Origin: Eledone cirrhosa
Taxonomy: Eukaryota
DNA length: 64,000 nucleotides
Reading direction: 5' to 3'
Assembly: GCA_964016885.1 (NCBI GenBank)
Contig: OZ024742.1
Span: 375,782,001-375,846,000, forward strand
How positions within the stretch are numbered: the stretch's first letter is position 1; the number at the start of each line of letters is the position of its first letter. Below the pieces are notes generated by a model. The model was given only the letters and a program-made list of their open reading frames with translations. It was not told the DNA's origin and did not search any database. Both the position numbers and the translations under genes were made by a program. Of the stretch, positions 53,040 through 64,000 are shown piece after piece.

Positions 53040-56000
53040 TCTAGACACTCACTAGAGAGCAGGGAGGTATGGAAGGTCTCCTGTCTATCTAAACACTCAC
53101 TAGAGAGCAGGGAGGTATGGAAGGTCTCCTGTCTATCTAGACACTCAGTAGAGAGCAGGGAGGTATGGAAGGTCTCCTGTCTATCTAGACACTCACTAGA
53201 GAGTAGGGAGGTATGGAAGTTCTCCTGTCTATCTAGACACTCACTAGAGAGCAGGGAAGTATGGAAGGTCTCCTGTCTATCTAGACACTCAGTAGAGAGC
53301 AGGGAGGTATGGAAGGTCTCCTGTCTATTTAGACACTCAGTAGAGAGCAGGGAGGTATGAAAGGTCTCCTGTCTATCTAGACACTCACTAGAGAGCAGGG
53401 AGGTATGGAAGGTCTCCTGTCTATCTAGACACTCACTAGAGAGTAGGGAGGTATGGATGGTCTCCTGTCTATCTAGACACTCACTAGAGAGCAGGGAGGT
53501 ATGGAAGGTCTCCTGTCTATCTAAACACTCACTAGAGAGCAGGGAGGTATGGAAGGTCTCCTGTCTATCTAGACACTCACTAGAGAGCAGGGAGGTATGG
53601 AAGGTCTCCTGTCTGTCTAGACACTCACTAGAGAGCAGGGAGGTATGGAAGGTCTCCTGTCTATCTAGACACTCACTAGAGAGCAGGGAGGTATGGATGG
53701 TCTCCTGTCTATCTAGACACTCACTAGAGAGCAGGGAGATATGGAAGGTCTCCTGTCTATCTAGACACTCACTAGAGAGCAGGGAGGTATGGATGGTCTC
53801 CTGTCTATCTAGACACTCACTAGAGAGCAGGGAGGTATGGAAGGTCTCCTGTCTATCTAGACACTCACTAGAGAGCAGGGAGGTATGGAAGGTCTCCTGT
53901 CTGTCTAGACACTCACTAGAGAGCAGGGAGGTATGGAAGGTCTCCTGTCTATCTAGACACTCACTAGAGAGCAGGGAGGTATGGAAGGTCTCCTGTCTAT
54001 CTAGACACTCACTAGAGAGCAGGGAGGTATGGATGGTCTCCTGTCTATCTAGACACTCACTAGAGAGCAAGGAGGTATGGAAGGTCTCCTGTCTATCTAG
54101 ACACTCACTAGAGAGCAGGGAGGTATGGAAGGTCTCCTGTCTGTCTAGACACTCACTAGAGAGCAGGGAGGTATGGAAGGTCTCCTGTCTATCTAGACAC
54201 TCACTAGAGAGCAGGGAGGTATGGAAGGTCTCCTGTCTATCTAGACACTCAGTAGAGAGCAGGGACGTATGGAAGGTCTCCTGTCTATCTAGACACTCAC
54301 TAGAGAGTAGGGAGGTATGGATGGTCTCCTGTCTATCTAGACACTCACTAGAGAGCAGGGAGGTATGGATGGTCTCCTGTCTATCTAGACACTCACTAGA
54401 GAGCAGGGAGGTATGGAAGGTCTCCTGTCTATCTAGACACTCACTAGAGAGCAGGGAGGTATGGATGGTCTCCTGTCTATCTAGACACTCACTAGAGAGC
54501 AGGGAGGTATGTAAGGTCTCCTGTCTATCTAGAAACTCACTAGAGTGCAGGGAGGTATGGAAGTTCTCCTGTCTATCTAGACACTCAGTAGAGAGCAGGG
54601 AGGTATGGAAGGTCTCCTGTCTATCTAGACACTCACTAGAGAGCAGGGTGGTATGGAAGGTCTCCTGTCTATCTAGACACTCAGTAGAGAGCAGGGAGGT
54701 ATGGAAGGTCTCCTGTCTATCTAGAGACTCACTAGAGAGCAGGGAGGTATGAAAGGTCTCCTGTCTATCTAGACACTCAGTAGAGAGCAGGAAGTTCTCC
54801 TGTCTATCTAGACACTCAGTAGAGAGCAGAGAGGTATGGAAGGTCTCCTGTCTATCAACACACCCAGTAGAGAGGAGGGAGGTATGTAAGGTCTCCAGTC
54901 TATCTAGACACTCAGTAGAGAGTAGGGAGGTCTCTTGTCTATCTAGACACTCACTAGAGAGCAGGGAGGTATGGAAGGTCTCCTGTCTATCTAGACACTC
55001 ACTAGAGAGCAGGGAGGTATGGAAGGTCTCCTGTCTATCTAGACACTCACTAGAGAGCAGGGAGGTATGGAAGGTCTCCTGTCTATTTAGACACTCAGTA
55101 GAGAGCAGGAAGGTATGGAAGGTCTCCTGTCTATCTAGACACTCACTAGAGAGGAGGGAGGTATGGAAGGTCTCCTGTCTATTTAGACACTCAGTAGAGA
55201 GCAGGGAGGTATGGAAGGTCTCCTGTCTATCTAGACACTCAGTAGAGAGGAGGGAGGTATGGAAGGTCTCCTGTCTATCTAGACACTCACTAGAGAGCAG
55301 GGAGGTATGGAAAGTCTCCTGTCTATCTAGACACTCAGAAGAGAGCAGGGAGGTATGGAAGGTCTCCTGTCTATCTAGACACTCAGTAGAGAGCACGGAG
55401 GTATGAAAGGTCTCCTGTCTATCTAGACACTCAGTAGAGAGGAGGGAGGTATGGAAGGTCTCCTGTCTATTTAGACACTCAGTAGAGTGCAGGGAGATAT
55501 GGAAGGTCTGCTGTCTATCTAGACACTCAGGAGAGAGCAGGGAGGTATGGAAGGTCTCCTGTATATTTAGACACTCAGTAGAGAGGAGGGAGGTATGGAA
55601 GGTCTCCTGTCTATCTAGAAATTCACTAGAGAGCAGGGAGGTATGGAAGGTCTCCTGTCTATCTAGACACTCACTAGAGAGTAGGGAGGTATGGATGGTC
55701 TCCTGTCTATCTAAACACTCACTAGAGAGCAGGGAAGTATGGAAGGTCTCCTGTCTATCTAGACATTCACTAGAGAGCAGGGAGGTATGGAAGGTCTGCT
55801 GTCTATCTAGACACTCACTAGAGTGCAGGGAGGTATGGAAGGTCTCCTGTCTATCTAGACACTCAGTAGAGAGGAGGGAGGTATGGAAGGTCTCCTGTCT
55901 ATCTAGAAATTCACTAGAGAGCAGGGAGGTATGGAAGGTCTCCTGTCTATCTAGACACTCACTAGAGAGTAGGGAGGTATGGATGGTCTCCTGTCTATCT

Positions 56001-59000
56001 AAACACTCACTAGAGAGCAGGGAAGTATGGAAGGTCTCCTGTCTATCTAGACACTCACTAGAGTGCAGGGAGGTATGGAAGGTCTCCTGTCTATCTAGAC
56101 ACTCACTAGAGAGCAGGGAGGTATGGAAGGTCTCCTGTCTATCTAGATATTAACAAGAGAGGAGGGAGGTATGGAAGGTCTCCTGTCTGCGTAGACACTC
56201 AGTAGAGAGGAGGGAGGTATGGAAGGTCTCCTGTCTATCTAGAAATTCACTAGAGAGCAGGGAGGTATGGAAGGTCTCCTGTCTATCTAGATATTAACAA
56301 GAGAGGAGGGAGGTATGGAAGGTCTCCTGTCTATCTAGAAATTCACTAGAGAGCAGGGAGGTATGGAAGGTCTCCTGTCTATCTAGACACTCACTAGAGA
56401 GCAGGGAGGTATGGAAGGTCTCCTGTCTATCTAGACACTCACTAGAGAGCAGGGAGGTATGGAAGGTCTCCTGTCTATCTAGACACTCACTAGAGAGCAG
56501 GGAGGTATGGATGGTCTCCTGTCTATCTAGACACTCACTAGAGAGCAGGGAGGTATGGAAGGTCTCCTGTCTATCTAGACACTCACTAGAGAGCAGGGAG
56601 GTATGGATGGTCTCCTGTCTATCTAGACACTCACTAGAGAGCAGGGAGGTATGGAAGGTCTCCTGTCTATCTAGACACTCACTAGAGAGCAGGGAGGTAT
56701 GGAAGGTCTCCTGTCTGTCTAGACACTCACTAGAGAGCAGGGAGGTATGGAAGGTCTCCTGTCTATCTAGACACTCACTAGAGAGCAGGGAGGTATGGAA
56801 GGTCTCCTGTCTATCTAGACACTCACTAGAGAGCAGGGAGGTATGGATGGTCTCCTGTCTATCTAGACACTCACTAGAGAGCAGGGAGGTATGGAAGGTC
56901 TCCTGTCTATCTAGACACTCACTAGAGAGCAGGGAGGTATGGAAGGTCTCCTGTCTGTCTAGACACTCACTAGAGAGCAGGGAGGTATGGAAGGTCTCCT
57001 GTCTATCTAGACACTCACTAGAGAGCAGGGAGGTATGGAAGGTCTCCTGTCTATCTAGACACTCAGTAGAGAGCAGGGACGTATGGAAGGTCTCCTGTCT
57101 ATCTAGACACTCACTAGAGAGCAGGGAGGTATGGATGGTCTCCTGTCTATCTAGACACTCACTAGAGAGCAGGGAGGTATGGATGGTCTCCTGTCTATCT
57201 AGACACTCACTAGAGAGCAGGGAGGTATGGAAGGTCTCCTGTCTATCTAAACACTCACTAGAGAGCAGGGAGGTATGGAAGGTCTCCTGTCTATCTAGAC
57301 ACTCAGTAGAGAGCAGGGAGGTATGGAAGGTCTCCTGTCTATCTAGACACTCACTAGAGAGTAGGGAGGTATGGAAGTTCTCCTGTCTATCTAGACACTC
57401 ACTAGAGAGCAGGGAAGTATGGAAGGTCTCCTGTCTATCTAGACACTCAGTAGAGAGCAGGGAGGTATGGAAGGTCTCCTGTCTATTTAGACACTCAGTA
57501 GAGAGCAGGGAGGTATGAAAGGTCTCCTGTCTATCTAGACACTCACTAGAGAGCAGGGAGGTATGGAAGGTCTCCTGTCTATCTAGACACTCACTAGAGA
57601 GTAGGGAGGTATGGATGGTCTCCTGTCTATCTAGACACTCACTAGAGAGCAGGGAGGTATGGAAGGTCTCCTGTCTATCTAAACACTCACTAGAGAGCAG
57701 GGAGGTATGGAAGGTCTCCTGTCTATCTAGACACTCACTAGAGAGCAGGGAGGTATGGAAGGTCTCCTGTCTGTCTAGACACTCACTAGAGAGCAGGGAG
57801 GTATGGAAGGTCTCCTGTCTATCTAGACACTCACTAGAGAGCAGGGAGGTATGGATGGTCTCCTGTCTATCTAGACACTCACTAGAGAGCAGGGAGATAT
57901 GGAAGGTCTCCTGTCTATCTAGACACTCACTAGAGAGCAGGGAGGTATGGATGGTCTCCTGTCTATCTAGACACTCACTAGAGAGCAGGGAGGTATGGAA
58001 GGTCTCCTGTCTATCTAGACACTCACTAGAGAGCAGGGAGGTATGGAAGGTCTCCTGTCTGTCTAGACACTCACTAGAGAGCAGGGAGGTATGGAAGGTC
58101 TCCTGTCTATCTAGACACTCACTAGAGAGCAGGGAGGTATGGAAGGTCTCCTGTCTATCTAGACACTCACTAGAGAGCAGGGAGGTATGGATGGTCTCCT
58201 GTCTATCTAGACACTCACTAGAGAGCAAGGAGGTATGGAAGGTCTCCTGTCTATCTAGACACTCACTAGAGAGCAGGGAGGTATGGAAGGTCTCCTGTCT
58301 GTCTAGACACTCACTAGAGAGCAGGGAGGTATGGAAGGTCTCCTGTCTATCTAGACACTCACTAGAGAGCAGGGAGGTATGGAAGGTCTCCTGTCTATCT
58401 AGACACTCAGTAGAGAGCAGGGACGTATGGAAGGTCTCCTGTCTATCTAGACACTCACTAGAGAGTAGGGAGGTATGGATGGTCTCCTGTCTATCTAGAC
58501 ACTCACTAGAGAGCAGGGAGGTATGGATGGTCTCCTGTCTATCTAGACACTCACTAGAGAGCAGGGAGGTATGGAAGGTCTCCTGTCTATCTAGACACTC
58601 ACTAGAGAGCAGGGAGGTATGGATGGTCTCCTGTCTATCTAGACACTCACTAGAGAGCAGGGAGGTATGTAAGGTCTCCTGTCTATCTAGAAACTCACTA
58701 GAGTGCAGGGAGGTATGGAAGTTCTCCTGTCTATCTAGACACTCAGTAGAGAGCAGGGAGGTATGGAAGGTCTCCTGTCTATCTAGACACTCACTAGAGA
58801 GCAGGGTGGTATGGAAGGTCTCCTGTCTATCTAGACACTCAGTAGAGAGCAGGGAGGTATGGAAGGTCTCCTGTCTATCTAGAGACTCACTAGAGAGCAG
58901 GGAGGTATGAAAGGTCTCCTGTCTATCTAGACACTCAGTAGAGAGCAGGAAGTTCTCCTGTCTATCTAGACACTCAGTAGAGAGCAGAGAGGTATGGAAG

Positions 59001-61400
59001 GTCTCCTGTCTATCAACACACCCAGTAGAGAGGAGGGAGGTATGTAAGGTCTCCAGTCTATCTAGACACTCAGTAGAGAGTAGGGAGGTCTCTTGTCTAT
59101 CTAGACACTCACTAGAGAGCAGGGAGGTATGGAAGGTCTCCTGTCTATCTAGACACTCACTAGAGAGCAGGGAGGTATGGAAGGTCTCCTGTCTATCTAG
59201 ACACTCACTAGAGAGCAGGGAGGTATGGAAGGTCTCCTGTCTATTTAGACACTCAGTAGAGAGCAGGAAGGTATGGAAGGTCTCCTGTCTATCTAGACAC
59301 TCACTAGAGAGGAGGGAGGTATGGAAGGTCTCCTGTCTATTTAGACACTCAGTAGAGAGCAGGGAGGTATGGAAGGTCTCCTGTCTATCTAGACACTCAG
59401 TAGAGAGCAGGGAGGTATGGAAGGTCTCCTGTCTATCTAGACACTCACTAGAGAGCAGGGAGGTATGGAAAGTCTCCTGTCTATCTAGACACTCAGAAGA
59501 GAGCAGGGAGGTATGGAAGGTCTCCTGTCTATCTAGACACTCAGTAGAGAGCACGGAGGTATGAAAGGTCTCCTGTCTATCTAGACACTCAGTAGAGAGG
59601 AGGGAGGTATGGAAGGTCTCCTGTCTATTTAGACACTCAGTAGAGTGCAGGGAGATATGGAAGGTCTGCTGTCTATCTAGACACTCAGGAGAGAGCAGGG
59701 AGGTATGGAAGGTCTCCTGTATATTTAGACACTCAGTAGAGAGGAGGGAGGTATGGAAGGTCTCCTGTCTATCTAGAAATTCACTAGAGAGCAGGGAGGT
59801 ATGGAAGGTCTCCTGTCTATCTAGACACTCACTAGAGAGTAGGGAGGTATGGATGGTCTCCTGTCTATCTAAACACTCACTAGAGAGCAGGGAAGTATGG
59901 AAGGTCTCCTGTCTATCTAGACATTCACTAGAGAGCAGGGAGGTATGGAAGGTCTGCTGTCTATCTAGACACTCACTAGAGTGCAGGGAGGTATGGAAGG
60001 TCTCCTGTCTATCTAGACACTCAGTAGAGAGGAGGGAGGTATGGAAGGTCTCCTGTCTATCTAGAAATTCACTAGAGAGCAGGGAGGTATGGAAGGTCTC
60101 CTGTCTATCTAGACACTCACTAGAGAGTAGGGAGGTATGGATGGTCTCCTGTCTATCTAAACACTCACTAGAGAGCAGGGAAGTATGGAAGGTCTCCTGT
60201 CTATCTAGACACTCACTAGAGTGCAGGGAGGTATGGAAGGTCTCCTGTCTATCTAGACACTCACTAGAGAGCAGGGAGGTATGGAAGGTCTCCTGTCTAT
60301 CTAGATATTAACAAGAGAGGAGGGAGGTATGGAAGGTCTCCTGTCTGCGTAGACACTCAGTAGAGAGGAGGGAGGTATGGAAGGTCTCCTGTCTATCTAG
60401 AAATTCACTAGAGAGCAGGGAGGTATGGAAGGTCTCCTGTCTATCTAGATATTAACAAGAGAGGAGGGAGGTATGGAAGGTCTCCTGTCTATCTAGAAAT
60501 TCACTAGAGAGCAGGGAGGTATGGAAGGTCTCCTGTCTATCTAGACACTCACTAGAGAGCAGGGAGGTATGGAAGGTCTCCTGTCTATCTAGACACTCAC
60601 TAGAGAGCAGGGAGGTATGGAAGGTCTCCTGTCTATCTAGACACTCACTAGAGAGCAGGGAGGTATGGATGGTCTCCTGTCTATCTAGACACTCACTAGA
60701 GAGCAGGGAGGTATGGAAGGTCTCCTGTCTATCTAGACACTCACTAGAGAGCAGGGAGGTATGGATGGTCTCCTGTCTATCTAGACACTCACTAGAGAGC
60801 AGGGAGGTATGGAAGGTCTCCTGTCTATCTAGACACTCACTAGAGAGCAGGGAGGTATGGAAGGTCTCCTGTCTGTCTAGACACTCACTAGAGAGCAGGG
60901 AGGTATGGAAGGTCTCCTGTCTATCTAGACACTCACTAGAGAGCAGGGAGGTATGGAAGGTCTCCTGTCTATCTAGACACTCACTAGAGAGCAGGGAGGT
61001 ATGGATGGTCTCCTGTCTATCTAGACACTCACTAGAGAGCAGGGAGGTATGGAAGGTCTCCTGTCTATCTAGACACTCACTAGAGAGCAGGGAGGTATGG
61101 AAGGTCTCCTGTCTGTCTAGACACTCACTAGAGAGCAGGGAGGTATGGAAGGTCTCCTGTCTATCTAGACACTCACTAGAGAGCAGGGAGGTATGGAAGG
61201 TCTCCTGTCTATCTAGACACTCAGTAGAGAGCAGGGACGTATGGAAGGTCTCCTGTCTATCTAGACACTCACTAGAGAGCAGGGAGGTATGGATGGTCTC
61301 CTGTCTATCTAGACACTCACTAGAGAGCAGGGAGGTATGGATGGTCTCCTGTCTATCTAGACACTCACTAGAGAGCAGGGAGGTATGGAAGGTCTCCTGT
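53040..61400 (+). repeat. Near-identical tandem duplication of 4158 bp (87 monomers, two of them 39-bp)
   Basis: ORF pairs 53457/57615, 55695/59853, 56511/60669 and the minus-strand starts 55396/59554 all differ by 4158 = 87x48-18. One difference was noticed (G at 55250 versus C at 59408). Confidence 0.92.
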
Positions 61401-64000
61401 CTATCTAGACACTCACTAGAGAGCAGGGAGGTATGGATGGTCTCCTGTCTATCTAGACACTCACTAGAGAGCAGGGAGGTATGTAAGGTCTCCTGTCTAT
61501 CTAGAAACTCACTAGAGTGCAGGGAGGTATGGAAGTTCTCCTGTCTATCTAGACACTCAGTAGAGAGCAGGGAGGTATGGAAGGTCTCCTGTCTATCTAG
61601 ACACTCACTAGAGAGCAGGGAGGTATGGAAGGTCTCCTGTCTGTCTAGACACTCACTAGAGAGCAGGGAGGTATGGAAGGTCTCCTGTCTATCTAGACAC
61701 TCACTAGAGAGCAGGGAGGTATGGAAGGTCTCCTGTCTATCTAGACACTCACTAGAGAGCAGGGAGGTATGGATGGTCTCCTGTCTATCTAGACACTCAG
61801 TAGAGAGCAGAGAGGTATGGAAGGTCTCCTGTCTATCAACACACCCAGTAGAGAGGAGGGAGGTATGTAAGGTCTCCAGTCTATCTAGACACTCAGTAGA
61901 GAGTAGGGAGGTCTCTTGTCTATCTAGACACTCACTAGAGAGCAGGGAGGTATGGAAGGTCTCCTGTCTGTCTAGACACTCACTAGAGAGCAGGGAGGTA
62001 TGGAAGGTCTCCTGTCTATCTAGACACTCACTAGAGAGCAGGGAGGTATGGAAGGTCTCCTGTCTATCTAGACACTCACTAGAGAGCAGGGAGGTATGGA
62101 AGGTCTCCTGTCTATCTAGACACTCAGTAGAGAGCAGGGAGGTATGGAAGGTCTCCTGTCTATCTAGACACTCACTAGAGAGCAGGGTGGTATGGAAGGT
62201 CTCCTGTCTATCTAGACACTCAGTAGAGAGCAGGGAGGTATGAAAGGTCTCCTGTCTATCTAGACACTCACTAGAGAGCAGGGAGGTATGGAAGGTCTCC
62301 TGTCTATCTAGACACTCAGTAGAGAGCAGGGAGGTATGGAAGGTCTCCTGTCTATCTAGACACTCACTAGAGAGCAGGGTGGTATGGAAGGTCTCCTGTC
62401 TATCTAGACACTCAGTAGAGAGCAGGGAGGTATGGAAGGTCTCCTGTCTATCTAGACACTCACTAGAGAGCAGGGTGGTATGGAAGGTCTCCTGTCTATC
62501 TAGACACTCAATAGAGAGCAGAGAGGTATGGAAGGTCTCCTGTCTATCAACACACCCAGTAGAGAGGAGGGAGGTATGTAAGGTCTCCAGTCTATCTAGA
62601 CACTCAGTAGAGAGTAGGGAGGTCTCTTGTCTATCTAGACACTCACTAGAGAGCAGGGAGGTATGGAAGGTCTCCTGTCTATCTAAACACTCACTAGAGA
62701 GCAGGGAGGTATGGAAGGTCTCCTGTCTATCTAGACACTCAGTAGAGAGCAGGGAGGTATGGAAGGTCTCCTGTCTATCTAGACACTCACTAGAGAGTAG
62801 GGAGGTATGGAAGTTCTCCTGTCTATCTAGACACTCACTAGAGAGCAGGGAAGTATGGAAGGTCTCCTGTCTATCTAGACACTCAGTAGAGAGCAGGGAA
62901 GTATGGAAGGTCTCCTGTCTATCTAGACACTCACTAGAGAGCAGGGAGGTATGAAAGGTCTCCTGTCTATCTAGACAGTCAGTAGTGAGGAGGGAGGTAT
63001 GGAAGGTCTCCTGTCTATCTAGACACTCACTAGAGAGCAGGGAGGTATGGAAGGTCTCCTGTCTATCTAGACACTCACTAGAGAGTAGGGAGGTATGGAT
63101 GGTCTCCTGTCTATCTAGACACTCACTAGAGAGCAGGGAGGTATGGAAGGTCTCCTGTCTATCTAAACACTCACTAGAGAGCAGGGAGGTATGGAAGGTC
63201 TCCTGTCTATCTAGACACTCACTAGAGAGCAGGGAGGTATGGAAGGTCTCCTGTCTGTCTAGACACTCACTAGAGAGCAGGGAGGTATGGAAGGTCTCCT
63301 GTCTATCTAGACACTCACTAGAGAGCAGGGAGGTATGGATGGTCTCCTGTCTATCTAGACACTCACTAGAGAGCAGGGAGGTATGGAAGGTCTCCTGTCT
63401 ATCTAGACACTCACTAGAGAGCAGGGAGGTATGGATGGTCTCCTGTCTATCTAGACACTCACTAGAGAGCAGGGAGGTATGGAAGGTCTCCTGTCTATCT
63501 AGACACTCACTAGAGAGCAGGGAGGTATGGAAGGTCTCCTGTCTGTCTAGACACTCACTAGAGAGCAGGGAGGTATGGAAGGTCTCCTGTCTATCTAGAC
63601 ACTCACTAGAGAGCAGGGAGGTATGGAAGGTCTCCTGTCTATCTAGACACTCACTAGAGAGCAGGGAGGTATGGATGGTCTCCTGTCTATCTAGACACTC
63701 ACTAGAGAGCAAGGAGGTATGGAAGGTCTCCTGTCTATCTAGACACTCACTAGAGAGCAGGGAGGTATGGAAGGTCTCCTGTCTGTCTAGACACTCACTA
63801 GAGAGCAGGGAGGTATGGAAGGTCTCCTGTCTATCTAGACACTCACTAGAGAGCAGGGAGGTATGGAAGGTCTCCTGTCTATCTAGACACTCAGTAGAGA
63901 GCAGGGACGTATGGAAGGTCTCCTGTCTATCTAGACACTCACTAGAGAGTAGGGAGGTATGGATGGTCTCCTGTCTATCTAGACACTCACTAGAGAGCAG

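Larger units (their letters stand above)
1..64000 (+). repeat. 48-bp tandem satellite array, ~1,330 head-to-tail monomers, open at both window ends
   Basis: Positions 1-48 (ACTCACTAGAGAGCAGGGAGGTATGGAAGGTCTCCTGTCTATCTAGAC) recur in one orientation to position 64000, usually with 0-3 substitutions per unit. The ORF track shows the matching 16-aa period throughout. Confidence 0.99.

Noticed and set aside
3942-62954. Plus-strand ORFs encoding (SLESREVWKVSCLSRH)n
   Set aside because: The unit length is divisible by 3, so a stop-free frame arises automatically. There is no unique N- or C-terminal domain, and starts are chance variants. Stops (CTATAG, TATGAA, TTAAC) and frameshifts are propagated through duplications. 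One Cys and one His per 16 aa does not fit a C2H2 zinc finger.
21522-63712. Minus-strand long ORFs as genuine CDS
   Set aside because: They are pure repeat translations, begin at incidental variant codons, and are interrupted elsewhere in the same frame. There is no supporting gene structure.
1-64000. CRISPR array or repeat-spacer/guide system
   Set aside because: There are no unique spacers. All 48 positions belong to the repeat, variation is scattered point mutation inherited in blocks, and no cas or other genes are present.
1-64000. Hidden insertion, inversion, telomeric tract or RNA gene inside the array
   Set aside because: Reading through the window showed none. Landmark offsets, where I checked them, are explained by multiples of 48 minus the listed 9-, 2- and 1-bp indels.

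Overview
The whole 64 kb window is one uninterrupted head-to-tail satellite array of about 1,330 copies of a 48-bp monomer. The consensus is ACTCA(C/G)TAGAGAGCAGGGAGGTATGGAAGGTCTCCTGTCTATCTAGAC (50% GC, no CpG, one XbaI and one BsaI site per unit). I saw no unique sequence, gene, RNA gene, transposon insertion, inversion or CRISPR spacer. All listed ORFs are best explained as by-products of a 48-nt (16-codon) unit that has one stop-free frame on each strand, and these frames are broken by inherited stops and frameshifts. The informative structure lies at two scales. Inside the monomer there is a 9-bp sub-duplication that collapses to give two kinds of 39-bp unit, a GG-N2-GG-N3-GG-N2-GG tract spaced like a two-tier G-quadruplex, and an imperfect palindrome. 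Above the monomer there are nested, irregular block duplications of 0.4-7.8 kb, regional variant domains, and a more diverged first ~4 kb. The source is probably eukaryotic heterochromatin, but I cannot name the organism or satellite family, and I cannot support a novel gene system here. Offsets and marker positions were read by eye and should be confirmed computationally.
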